From Spirochaetota bacterium (GTDB lineage Bacteria; Spirochaetota; UBA4802; UBA5550): a stretch of DNA of 38,176 nucleotides. The notes under the pieces are model-generated. The model was given only the letters and a program-made list of their open reading frames with translations, did not search any database and was not told where the DNA came from. The first letter of the stretch is position 1, and every line of letters begins with the position of its first letter. The stretch is taken from assembly GCA_050298055.1 (NCBI GenBank), contig JBNKTL010000049.1, positions 1-38,176 of the forward strand, in the 5' to 3' direction. This document shows positions 7,780 through 17,001 of the stretch, piece by piece. The position numbers and the translations under genes are program-made.

Positions 7780-9483
7780 ATGGAAAAGATACTTCTGAAT
7801 CCCCGGAATTACCTGAGAGAGTACAAAGACAGCAAAGACAGAGAGCTCATGCTGAAAACCATCGAGTTCTTCGAGAAGAAGGGCCTCAAAAAGATAAAGG
7901 AAGACTGGCATGAGAAGGTCTGGAACTACGACTTTGTTGAGTTCCTCAAGGAGACCGGGGCCTTTGCCCGGCTCATGACGCCGGAGGGCTACGGCGCAGA
8001 TGATTCCCGGTGGGACACCCACCGCAACAACGGTTTTTCAGAGATTACCGCCTTCTACGGTGTTACCTACTGGTACACCTGGCAGGTCTCCATGCTGGGG
8101 CTGGGGCCCATCTGGCTGGGGAGCAATGAGGAGGTGAAGAAGAAGACCGCGAAGCTTTTGCAAGAAGGGGGTGTCTTTGCTTTCGGACTTTCGGAGAAAG
8201 AGCATGGGGCGGATATCTACGCCACCGACATGATGCTTACTCCCCGTGATGACGGAACTTACACCGCGAAGGGGGACAAATACTATATCGGCAACGGCAA
8301 TGAGGCCGCCCTGGTCTCCACCTTTGCCCGGACCACCGGCAGCAATGAATATGTCTTTTTTGTGGTTGATTCCAAGCATGAAAAATATGAGTGCACAAGA
8401 AACGTGGTAAACGAACAGAATTATGTGGCGGAGTACGTTCTCCACGATTATCCCATCACCGAAGCTGACATCACGGAAAAGGGACAGAAGGCCTGGGACG
8501 ACATGCTCAACACCATCAATATCTGTAAATTTAACCTGGGATGGGGGGCCATCGGCCTTGTCACCCACGCCTTTTATGAAACCATAGACCACGCGGCCCA
8601 GAGACATCTCTTTAATAAGTATGTCACCGATTTTCCCCATGTGCGGCAGATCCTCATGGACTCCTACTGCAAGCTGGTGGCCATGAAGCTCTTTGCCGAA
8701 AGGGCCACCGACTACATGCGTTCGGCAAACAAAGATGACCGGCGTTATCTCCTCTTCAACCCCATGGTAAAGATGAAGGTGACCCGTGAGGGTGAAGAGG
8801 TCATGAACCTCCTCCACGATGTCATGGCGGCCAAGGGCTTTGAAGACGAGCCCTTCTTTGAAATCGCGAAACATGAGATCCCCATGCTGCCGAAGCTTGA
8901 AGGGACCGTTCATGTGAACATGGCGCTCATCGTAAAGTTCATGGCCAACTACTTCTTCAATCCAAAGGAGTATCCCGAGGTGCCCAGGAGGGACGACCTT
9001 GCCAATGATGACTTTCTCTTCAACCAGGGACCAACCAGGGGACTGGGGAAAATCCAGTTCCACGACTATGCCATTGCCTATAACAGCGTAGATCTTCCCA
9101 ACGTGAACATCTTCAAGGAACAGATCAAGCTCTTCAAAAAACTCCTGGCAGAGGCCCCTCCCACAGAAGAACAGTCAAAGGACATCGACTATCTCATGGC
9201 CCTGGGTGAAGTGCTTACCCTGGTGGCCTACGGGCAGCTCATCATTGAAAACAGGAAATACTTTGACGTGGAGGACGATCTCCTTGACCAGGTCTTTGAC
9301 TTCATGGTGAGGGACTTCTCAAAGTATGCCCTGAACATCTACTCCAAGGCATCCAACAGCGACGCCCAGAGAGAAAGGGCCCTTGCGGTGATCAAGCATC
9401 CTCTCCCCGATCCGGAGCGTTTTGGAAGGGTCTGGGAAAAATATGTTTATGCAATGAAAGGGCAGTATAAACTGAATGACTGA
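7780..9483 (+). CDS. Acyl-CoA dehydrogenase family protein
   Basis: 'FAFGLSEKEHGAD', 'GDKYYIGNG', 'LEGTVHVN' ACAD motifs; AAGGAG SD. Confidence 0.92.
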   Translation: MEKILLNPRNYLREYKDSKDRELMLKTIEFFEKKGLKKIKEDWHEKVWNYDFVEFLKETGAFARLMTPEGYGADDSRWDTHRNNGFSEITAFYGVTYWYTWQVSMLGLGPIWLGSNEEVKKKTAKLLQEGGVFAFGLSEKEHGADIYATDMMLTPRDDGTYTAKGDKYYIGNGNEAALVSTFARTTGSNEYVFFVVDSKHEKYECTRNVVNEQNYVAEYVLHDYPITEADITEKGQKAWDDMLNTINICKFNLGWGAIGLVTHAFYETIDHAAQRHLFNKYVTDFPHVRQILMDSYCKLVAMKLFAERATDYMRSANKDDRRYLLFNPMVKMKVTREGEEVMNLLHDVMAAKGFEDEPFFEIAKHEIPMLPKLEGTVHVNMALIVKFMANYFFNPKEYPEVPRRDDLANDDFLFNQGPTRGLGKIQFHDYAIAYNSVDLPNVNIFKEQIKLFKKLLAEAPPTEEQSKDIDYLMALGEVLTLVAYGQLIIENRKYFDVEDDLLDQVFDFMVRDFSKYALNIYSKASNSDAQRERALAVIKHPLPDPERFGRVWEKYVYAMKGQYKLND

Positions 9484-9554
9484 ACACTCCATTCCGGTTT
9501 CACAGGACTATTTTTGAATGCCGGGAAAATGGATAGATGGGTGATGCATATGGG

Positions 9555-11891
9555 TCAGCCATTTGAAGACACCAGGAGGGCCAGGCAGTGCAGAAACGCC
9601 TCCTGGTCCAGCGGTTTATCCATGTAACAGTCAAAGGAAACACCCTCCGCCATTTTTTCCACTTCTTTCTTTGAATAGGAGGTAATAGCTATGATCCGTC
9701 TTTTCCTGCTGCTGTCCGCTCTCAGCTGCCGGGTCACCTCGATCCCGTTTATCCCAGGCAGATCAATATCCATTAAGATCAGATCAAAATTCCTGTTCAA
9801 AGCTTCCTCCAGAGCCTGTTGACCATCGGTAGCCTGCTGGATATTGAGTTCCAGGTTTTTCAGAACGTTAGTGATGGTTTGAAAATGCAGGTCGTTGTCT
9901 TCTGCCACCAGAACACTCCATCCCCGGATTAAAGTCCGCAGATCCACCCTTTCGGTTTTAGGCGCCTTTCCCTTGGGCAGAGTAAACCGGAAGCGGCTGC
10001 CTTTACCCGGCTCAGATTCCACATCGATTTCCCCTCCGTTTTTTTCAACAAACTCCTTACAGAGGATCAGTCCCAATCCCGCACCTGTTTCTCCCCCGAT
10101 TTCCAGGGAAGTATTGCGATCCAGTTTGAATAGTTCCTCAAGGACTTCGGCGCTCATCCCCCGGCCGTTGTCCATAACCGAAATCTCCCAGAAACCTCCC
10201 CGGTCTTCGGTACTCACCGACACCTGGCCCCCCTGCGGAGTGAATTTGAGGGCATTGCCCACCAGGTTGCGGACAATGGTGGCTGCCATAGGCCTGTCTC
10301 CATAAGCAAATGAAAGGGGCGCAACCCTGTTCTCCAGGTGGATTTCCTTTTGCTCCACAGAGCTGCTGAAAACGGTCAGAGTTTTCCTGATCATTTCGTC
10401 AAGATCGAAGTTGACCGGTTCGAAATCCAGTTTCCCCTGCTGGTTTCTGGCCCAGTATAAGAGATTTTCCAGCATTTCGCTGGTGCTTTTCGTGGTTGTT
10501 TTCAGTATTTCGAAAAGTTCATCGTTGATCTGATCCCCGCTGGAAACTATATCGTTAAATATCAGCGAGAGGTTCCCCAGGGGCCCCCGTAAATCGTGAG
10601 CGATGATGGAGAAAAATTTGTCCTTGGTCTTGTTGGCCAATTCAAGTTCCCCTGTTCGGCGGGCCACCCTGTTCTCCAGAACCTGCGCCTGTTCATCACC
10701 CATTTCAATTATACGCTGCTGCCACTCTATCACCTGGACTTTCATGGCGTTGTAGCGGGCCCCCAGGGCCAGTGCGAACAGGGTGATTTCTCCCGCCGAA
10801 CAGATCTTCACCAGCCGGTTGAAGGCTTCAGGGCCCCACCCGAAGAGGGAAACGCCAAAAACCGAAAGGGTAAAACCGATCAGTCCGGTAAGGTAGACCG
10901 CCCAGGCGGTGAGATAATACCGGGCTGCCGGGTGGTCCTTCCTCAGGGCCAGGATGCCGGTGCCGATCAAAACAGCCGGTATGGCAAATCCCAGAGGGGG
11001 AACAAGGGTCATCTGCGTCTGCATGCTGATAAACGGCAGAGAGGCCATAATACCAAAGGAATAAAAATAAACCAGGTTAAGCCATCTATGCCATTTGGGT
11101 ATCAAGGACCTGGTGTTTAAGAGTTTCTGGGCGAAAGCGGTGACGGTGACGGCATTCAGTAAAGCAGCCACAAGGCCCATGGTACCGTGGAACTCCATGT
11201 CGTTAAAATACCGCGGGAGGCTGCGATCAACCGAGAGAAGCTGAAACATCCCGTAAGTTAACAGGGCTGCAACATAATAGAGGTAGACCGTATCCCTCAG
11301 GGAGATAAACAGCAGCAGGTTAAAAACTACCATGACCAGCAGCGCCCCATAGTAGAGGGCATTGAGAGCGTAGCTCTTCTGGCTGGATTGGGCGTAGGCC
11401 TCCAGGCTCTCCAGAGTCAATATGACGGTGTGAAAGATTCCATGAACCCTGAGATAGAGCTGGTATTTATCCGGTCCTTCCAGATCAAAAGTAAAATGGG
11501 AATAACGATTACCGTAGCGCCAGGGAAGGATTTCCCGCACCCGGCCTCCGGCAGAAACCAGAAAGGCCCGGGTTTCCATGTCCCCGTAGCCCGATGCCAG
11601 TACCAGGGTGCGGCTCCCCTGATAAGCGGCATGGAGGGGGATTCGGTACCAGTAGACCCGATCATCGGTTCCCAGGTTTGTCCGGCCTTTAACAGGTTCA
11701 AATTCGGCTTTGGAACGTACAACCTCAAGGGTGGCACGGCCGCTTTCATCAAGCCACCGCCGGGTATCGGGTACCAGCGAGATATGTTCGGTTTTCGCAG
11801 TGATCTCCAGTGCAACCGCCCCAGGCTTAAACCAGATCACGTTTAACAGTACCAGCATCCAGATTCTTCTTTTTCGCTTTCCTGGTATCAA
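9555..11891 (-). CDS. 7TM-DISM hybrid sensor histidine kinase with receiver domain
   Basis: Periplasmic DISM-like domain, about 7 TM helices, 'IIAHDLRGPL' H-box, N and G boxes, C-terminal REC 'LILMDIDLPGING'. Start uncertain. Confidence 0.88.
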   Translation of the reverse strand: MIPGKRKRRIWMLVLLNVIWFKPGAVALEITAKTEHISLVPDTRRWLDESGRATLEVVRSKAEFEPVKGRTNLGTDDRVYWYRIPLHAAYQGSRTLVLASGYGDMETRAFLVSAGGRVREILPWRYGNRYSHFTFDLEGPDKYQLYLRVHGIFHTVILTLESLEAYAQSSQKSYALNALYYGALLVMVVFNLLLFISLRDTVYLYYVAALLTYGMFQLLSVDRSLPRYFNDMEFHGTMGLVAALLNAVTVTAFAQKLLNTRSLIPKWHRWLNLVYFYSFGIMASLPFISMQTQMTLVPPLGFAIPAVLIGTGILALRKDHPAARYYLTAWAVYLTGLIGFTLSVFGVSLFGWGPEAFNRLVKICSAGEITLFALALGARYNAMKVQVIEWQQRIIEMGDEQAQVLENRVARRTGELELANKTKDKFFSIIAHDLRGPLGNLSLIFNDIVSSGDQINDELFEILKTTTKSTSEMLENLLYWARNQQGKLDFEPVNFDLDEMIRKTLTVFSSSVEQKEIHLENRVAPLSFAYGDRPMAATIVRNLVGNALKFTPQGGQVSVSTEDRGGFWEISVMDNGRGMSAEVLEELFKLDRNTSLEIGGETGAGLGLILCKEFVEKNGGEIDVESEPGKGSRFRFTLPKGKAPKTERVDLRTLIRGWSVLVAEDNDLHFQTITNVLKNLELNIQQATDGQQALEEALNRNFDLILMDIDLPGINGIEVTRQLRADSSRKRRIIAITSYSKKEVEKMAEGVSFDCYMDKPLDQEAFLHCLALLVSSNG

Positions 11892-12237
11892 CGCATCATT
11901 ACCTCTTATTTTTACAAGTCCCCTTCACCGCAAAATTGACCCTCTAGTTTAAGGCACCCCGATTGGAAATCGTTTTCTGTTGATATACATTTCTCTTCAT
12001 GCCACCGGGAATAAAAATTTTCTCCTGCTTTCTTTATACAGTATTTTTAATAGACACTCAAGGAGAAATCAGCTTTTGCTTTTAATTAATGTTCACGGGC
12101 TTACCCCCTGGATATTTTCCAGCCTCTTAGGTATCAAATGGCGATGCCCGGAGTAAAAGGATGCGGATAAACGATGATGGAAGGGAGAGAGTATTGGGGA
12201 GAAGAAAAAGCCGCAGATGCATGCAGATAAACGCGGG

Positions 12238-12720
12238 TTATTGTTTACATCTTCTCTTAATGTTTGCTTCCTTGATGATATCTATGAAGAGCAGGTTCTT
12301 CAGGTATATCTCGTCCCAGAGCCAGCCCATGAAACGGTTGTTCTGCATGAAGTTGAGTTCAAGTAAATAATATGTGCGGGGAATTTCCGAGGTGATGACC
12401 GCCTGTATGAACATGTAGCGGCTTTTGATGAATGTGGTAAATTCATTCCGGTTAATGCGCCAGTTTTTCATGGTGAAAATGACACGGACGATTTCACCGG
12501 GTTTGACTTCGGGGAACCTTCTGATCAGCGCTTCAACAATCTCCTTTTCAAGTTTTTTATTGTTGATTTTTGATACCGGGAGGCAGGTGAGATCCCGGGG
12601 TTTGACGGACTGTTTTTTCATCCGTTCATGAATGATCCCGCGAAGAGTCTCTCTCCCGGCCAGGGGGAAAGCGTGTACTATAAATATGATCCACAGGTAA
12701 ACGGCAATGGCTTTCTTCAT
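12238..12720 (-). CDS. Hypothetical exported basic protein
   Basis: 160-aa ORF with a signal-peptide-like N-terminus; no recognised motif. Confidence 0.6.
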   Translation of the reverse strand: MKKAIAVYLWIIFIVHAFPLAGRETLRGIIHERMKKQSVKPRDLTCLPVSKINNKKLEKEIVEALIRRFPEVKPGEIVRVIFTMKNWRINRNEFTTFIKSRYMFIQAVITSEIPRTYYLLELNFMQNNRFMGWLWDEIYLKNLLFIDIIKEANIKRRCKQ

Positions 12721-13038
12721 GATAAATCGATCCCCTGTTGTTCAATGAAAAATCTCAATAGAGTCATTCCGCAGAATAGATATCTTTTTGTTCACTGTCA
12801 ATATTAATACCTGTAAGATCATGGCGACTATACCCTGTCCGGAAGCCCTTTTGCCCTGAACGCATTCTTGACCTGAATAAATCCATATGTAAGAGAGTCT
12901 GCAACGAACCGGGTATTATTAAAAATTTGCTTGATAAATGACCGCGGGTCATTTCTATTGACACAATACAGTCACTGGTATTTAATATCCTGTGTACTAA
13001 AATGCTGATTATACTCAAGATAAAAGAGGTTAAAATAT

Positions 13039-14139
13039 ATGAGTGAAAATGATCAATACAACTTTAAAGACGGCAACAGGATCCTTAAGGTAAAAGGGCC
13101 AAAAGAACCCCTGAAAAAGTTGTGGCAGAAAAAGCGTTTTGAGGCAGACGGCGCTCCTGTTGTCTACGATGGGCTCTTATACATCTCCGCCAGGGAGAGG
13201 TTCATGGCCCTTGACCCTGAAAGCGGAAAAACCGTCTGGGAGTATAAGATCCCCCGCAAGGCAACACCCCCGGTATTTTTTGAAGATCAACTGATCTTCG
13301 GGGGAAAGGATGTGTCCGATAATTATGTTTACTCCCTGGAGAGAAAAACAGGGAAAGAGCTCTGGACATTCAGGACAGGAAGCGACAGCAAACCGGTATA
13401 CAGGACTCCCCTGGTTCATGAAGATTCTGTTCTCTGCCTGTCGGGAAAGCTCCTTTACGTCCTGGATCTGAAAACCGGAAAGAAGAAGTCAAGCCTCAAT
13501 TTCAAACGGAAGGTGTGGCACAATTCCCCTGTAATGGGGGATGGCAGGATCTTTGCCCTCACACATAAAAACGACACGAAATTGCTCCTTCACTGCGTTG
13601 ATGCTGCCAGTTACGAGATACTCTGGACGCTGGATACCGAGCAGTTCATATCCGATCCCCTCTACGCGGAAGGTCTTCTCTACTTTATCGACCAGAAAGG
13701 AGAATTGTCCGTTATAAATCCCGAAAACGGCGAAAAACAGACGGTGAAAATAGCGGAAAAAGCTGACAGCACACCTTCGCTGCACATGCTCTACCATGAG
13801 GGGAGCTTCATTCTCGTCTATGATTACTCTATCCTGGCCCTGGACCTGGGGGACCTGAATAATGCAAAACTCCTCTGGAGGACCCACAGTTCGGGGGTGA
13901 TCGGGAAGCCTGTTCTCTCCGAATCTGTCATCTATTTCGGGACCGCGCTGAACGGGATCATGGGACTGGACGTTAAGACGGGAGAAAAGCTCTTCCATGA
14001 AAAGACCGATGTGAGGTCGGGATATGCCTGCGGCCTGGGGGAGAACAGGCTCTTCCACGCCGGGTCCTACAATGAACATCTGCTGACCGCCTACATGGGG
14101 GAATCGGAGAGCAAGCCGGGCTGGTTCAGGTCCCGGTAA
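13039..14139 (+). CDS. PQQ-like/BamB-type beta-propeller repeat protein
   Basis: Repeated 'ALD..SGK..W' blades; AGAGG SD; no signal peptide visible. Confidence 0.85.
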   Translation: MSENDQYNFKDGNRILKVKGPKEPLKKLWQKKRFEADGAPVVYDGLLYISARERFMALDPESGKTVWEYKIPRKATPPVFFEDQLIFGGKDVSDNYVYSLERKTGKELWTFRTGSDSKPVYRTPLVHEDSVLCLSGKLLYVLDLKTGKKKSSLNFKRKVWHNSPVMGDGRIFALTHKNDTKLLLHCVDAASYEILWTLDTEQFISDPLYAEGLLYFIDQKGELSVINPENGEKQTVKIAEKADSTPSLHMLYHEGSFILVYDYSILALDLGDLNNAKLLWRTHSSGVIGKPVLSESVIYFGTALNGIMGLDVKTGEKLFHEKTDVRSGYACGLGENRLFHAGSYNEHLLTAYMGESESKPGWFRSR

Positions 14140-14181
14140 ATAGCTATTTTGAGAAAATAGGGCAAATAAGGAGAATTGAAA

Positions 14182-14769
14182 ATGCTGCAGGATGAATACT
14201 ATGTTATGGAATCTGAAAACAACGACGATTATCCCATGTTTTCCTGGGACCAGGCAAGCGGGGATTTCGGGCTGGGAAAACCGGTGGAGTGGAAGGATCC
14301 CCTTAAATTGAAGTTGAGTGATCCCGCCCCCGGTTTCCGGCTGGTGGATTTCCATGAAGCCCCCGCCCCGGTGGTTTCCCGGCGAATCGTCGACTCCTTG
14401 CTCCCCCTTGACCTCTACGGGGTGCAGTTTGTCCCTGCCAAGGTCCGTAACCCGGAGGATAAATCTTTCGAGCCCCGGGACTACTGGCTAATCCATGTCT
14501 GGAACCGTATCGCCTGCCTTGACCGGGAGGAGTCGGACCTGGAACTCTATGACGACGGGACCATATTCGGTATCGAGGAGTTCGTACTGGATGAAGAGAA
14601 ACTGGAGGAGGTGGAGCCCGGCAAACGAATGATCTTTGAGCTGGGGGAAAAAACATCCGTCCTCCTGGTCCATGAAACGGTAAAGAAAGCCATAGAGTCA
14701 GCTGAGCCCAAAGGAATCCATTTTTATAAAGCAAGTGAATGGTACAGCGATATCGCTTTCGACGATTGA
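14182..14769 (+). CDS. Imm11/DUF1629-like immunity protein (copy A1)
   Basis: 'PVVSRRIVD', 'DYWLIHVWNRIACLDREES', 'LLVHETVKKAIE...KGIHF'; acidic; AAGGAG SD. Confidence 0.78.
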   Translation: MLQDEYYVMESENNDDYPMFSWDQASGDFGLGKPVEWKDPLKLKLSDPAPGFRLVDFHEAPAPVVSRRIVDSLLPLDLYGVQFVPAKVRNPEDKSFEPRDYWLIHVWNRIACLDREESDLELYDDGTIFGIEEFVLDEEKLEEVEPGKRMIFELGEKTSVLLVHETVKKAIESAEPKGIHFYKASEWYSDIAFDD

Positions 14770-14786
14770 TAAAAGGAGCGTAAACA

Positions 14787-15377
14787 ATGGTGCAGGATGA
14801 ATATTATGTTATAGAGCGGGAGAATAACGACAACTACCCCCTGTTCGCATGGGACCAGCCGGAGAATGAATATAACCTGGGAAAACCGGTTGAATGGAGA
14901 GAACCGTTGAAATTCCGACTGGGGCAGCCGGTTCCCCGGAAGCCCGAGTGGGTTGACTATCATGAGCTGCCTAACCCCGTGATATCAAAGGCGTTCCTGG
15001 AGGCCCTGCTTCCCCTTGACCTCTACGGGGCCCAGTATGTTCCCGCAAAGGTCCGCAACCAGGAAAAGAGGCTGTCCAAACCCAGGGACTACTGGCTTCT
15101 CCATATCTGGAACCGGATAGAGTGTTTAGACAGGGAAAAGTCGGAACTGGAACTCCTTCCCAGCGGAAGAATCTTCAGCATCCACAGGCTGGTCCTGGAT
15201 GAAAAGGCCCTTGGCCGGGTTGAGCCGGAGAGGCGTATGATATTCGGAGTGGCGGAAAAAACAACGGTGTCCCTTGTTCATGAAAGGGTGAAGGAAGCCA
15301 TAGAGTCTGTTGAGCCGAAGGGTGTCCGCTTCTTTAAGGCTTCGGAATGGAACAGCGACATAATTTTTGAAAAGTAG
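14787..15377 (+). CDS. Imm11/DUF1629-like immunity protein (copy A2)
   Basis: Clear paralog of 14182-14769 (QDEYYV.E.EN...YP.F.WDQ; LLPLDLYG; PRDYWL.H.WNRI.CLDRE). Confidence 0.78.
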   Translation: MVQDEYYVIERENNDNYPLFAWDQPENEYNLGKPVEWREPLKFRLGQPVPRKPEWVDYHELPNPVISKAFLEALLPLDLYGAQYVPAKVRNQEKRLSKPRDYWLLHIWNRIECLDREKSELELLPSGRIFSIHRLVLDEKALGRVEPERRMIFGVAEKTTVSLVHERVKEAIESVEPKGVRFFKASEWNSDIIFEK

Positions 15378-15389
15378 TGAGGAGTAACT

Positions 15390-15965
15390 ATGTACTGGAT
15401 ATTAGCCAATGAACTTGAAGATGAAGATAAGGATGCCTTTTTAAGGGGGGAGACCGATTTTGAACTGGGGGGGGGTGTCTCCTTTGAAGAGGGGGTATCC
15501 CATTCCAGGAGCAAAATACCGGATATTACGCTGACCCTGAGCAGTAAAAGCCGGTCCGGCAACATGACCGATCGTCTGCTCATTACAGCCGCTTACGGCC
15601 TGGTCTTTTCCTCCCGTCTCAGGGAGTTGCTGGATGGCATGGGGGTTGACAATATTGAATACTACGATTTTGAGATTGTTAATCCCCGGAACGGGAAAAA
15701 ATACAGTGACTACAAGATAGCAAATGTTGTCGGCCTTGTTGATTGTGTGGACAGAGGTAAATCCGATCTTAAATATTTTGACGACGGGGAGATTAAACGG
15801 ATCAATAAACTGGTGATCGATGAATCAAGAATTCCTTCCGGGATGCGGATCTTCCGGCTGGCCAACAGACCCATCCTGACCTTTGTTCACCAAAGCGTAA
15901 AGGAGGCCATGGAAAGTGCGGGGATTACCGGCTGTGTTTTCTGCTCTCCCGGGGAGTATCATTAG
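15390..15965 (+). CDS. Imm11/DUF1629-like immunity protein (copy B1)
   Basis: 'LVFSSRLRELL', 'DYKIANVVGLVDCVDR..S', 'IFRLA', 'AGITGCVF'. Confidence 0.78.
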   Translation: MYWILANELEDEDKDAFLRGETDFELGGGVSFEEGVSHSRSKIPDITLTLSSKSRSGNMTDRLLITAAYGLVFSSRLRELLDGMGVDNIEYYDFEIVNPRNGKKYSDYKIANVVGLVDCVDRGKSDLKYFDDGEIKRINKLVIDESRIPSGMRIFRLANRPILTFVHQSVKEAMESAGITGCVFCSPGEYH

Positions 15966-15968
15966 ATC

Positions 15969-16319
15969 ATGTTTTTTATCCAGGGGTACATTACCGTTGA
16001 AACGAACTTAAACCTTCCCGTGATCTCGGCGGCAATCAGCCGTGCTCTGAATATCCCTGAAATGCGTGTGGATGAAAGCGGGAAATACGAGGATGTTATT
16101 GTCTATGTCTCTTCCTGTTTCGGCCTGGAGTTCGGCATCGGCCGAACGGATGACGATCCACCGGATACCTTCCACCTTTTTTTTAATTCGGATACGGATG
16201 CCTTCGATTTTGACGGTTCGGAGAAGGAGGTTGACGGTACTGAATATGTTCTTCTCCTGCTGAAAGAGGCCGGGATCAAGGCTTCCCGGAGGGACCCTGG
16301 ACTTCTCTACCCGGAATAA
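15969..16319 (+). CDS. Small acidic hypothetical protein, candidate immunity protein (copy C1)
   Basis: 116 aa tightly spaced after B1; a conserved paralog at 19790 supports coding status. Confidence 0.75.
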   Translation: MFFIQGYITVETNLNLPVISAAISRALNIPEMRVDESGKYEDVIVYVSSCFGLEFGIGRTDDDPPDTFHLFFNSDTDAFDFDGSEKEVDGTEYVLLLLKEAGIKASRRDPGLLYPE

Positions 16320-16353
16320 TCCGGTATCCTGAAATTATCATAAAGGAGGAGAT

Positions 16354-16929
16354 ATGTACTGGATATTGGCCAATGAACTTGAAGACGAAGATAAGGATGC
16401 CGACTTGAGCGGCGAAACCAGTATTGAGCTGGGGAATACCCTGACATTTGATGAGGGTGTATCCAATGCGGAGGTTCCCGTACCGGATATTGTCCTCACC
16501 CTTGATGGGGACAGCAGGATGGGGAGGATGACTGACTGTCTTGCTATTACGGAAATCTATGGACTGGTTTTTTCCTCCCGGCTCAGGGAACTGCTGGATT
16601 CTATCGGGATCAATAATATTGAATATTACAAGCTGGAGATAGTGAATCCCCGGTCAGGTAAGAAGTTCAGCGATTATTACATAGCCAATGTTGTGGGCCT
16701 GGTCGACTGTGTTGACAGGGAGAAGTCCGAACTCAAATATTTCGATGATGGGGATATCAAGCGGATCCGCAAGCTGGTCCTGGACCAGTCGCGAATACCG
16801 TCAAAGCTGCGTATTTTCCGTCTGGCAAAGCGAACGATACTTACGGTGGTACACCGGAGTGTAAAGGAGGTCATAGAAAGCGCGGGTTTAACCGGCTGTG
16901 TCTTTTACCGTCCCGAAGAGTATCATTAA
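16354..16929 (+). CDS. Imm11/DUF1629-like immunity protein (copy B2)
   Basis: Paralog of B1 with identical N-terminus MYWILANELEDEDKDA; AGGAGG SD. Confidence 0.78.
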   Translation: MYWILANELEDEDKDADLSGETSIELGNTLTFDEGVSNAEVPVPDIVLTLDGDSRMGRMTDCLAITEIYGLVFSSRLRELLDSIGINNIEYYKLEIVNPRSGKKFSDYYIANVVGLVDCVDREKSELKYFDDGDIKRIRKLVLDQSRIPSKLRIFRLAKRTILTVVHRSVKEVIESAGLTGCVFYRPEEYH

Positions 16930-17001
16930 GCGGTTGAAATATTTTATTTTTTTGTTTTTTGGAAGAGAAGAATTTTATCCTGATATGAAAAGGAGATCCC
17001 G

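Noticed and set aside
8038..9063. 341-aa antisense ORF and similar long shadow ORFs (e.g. 13489-14355, 35453-36097)
   Set aside because: Fully overlap well-supported genes on the opposite strand and carry no recognisable motifs.
12764..13018. 84-aa ORF, or a c-di-GMP-I riboswitch-like 'CAGGGCAAA' on the minus strand
   Set aside because: The ORF lacks support, and the GAAA tetraloop stem and GACGCAAAG elements of the riboswitch are absent.
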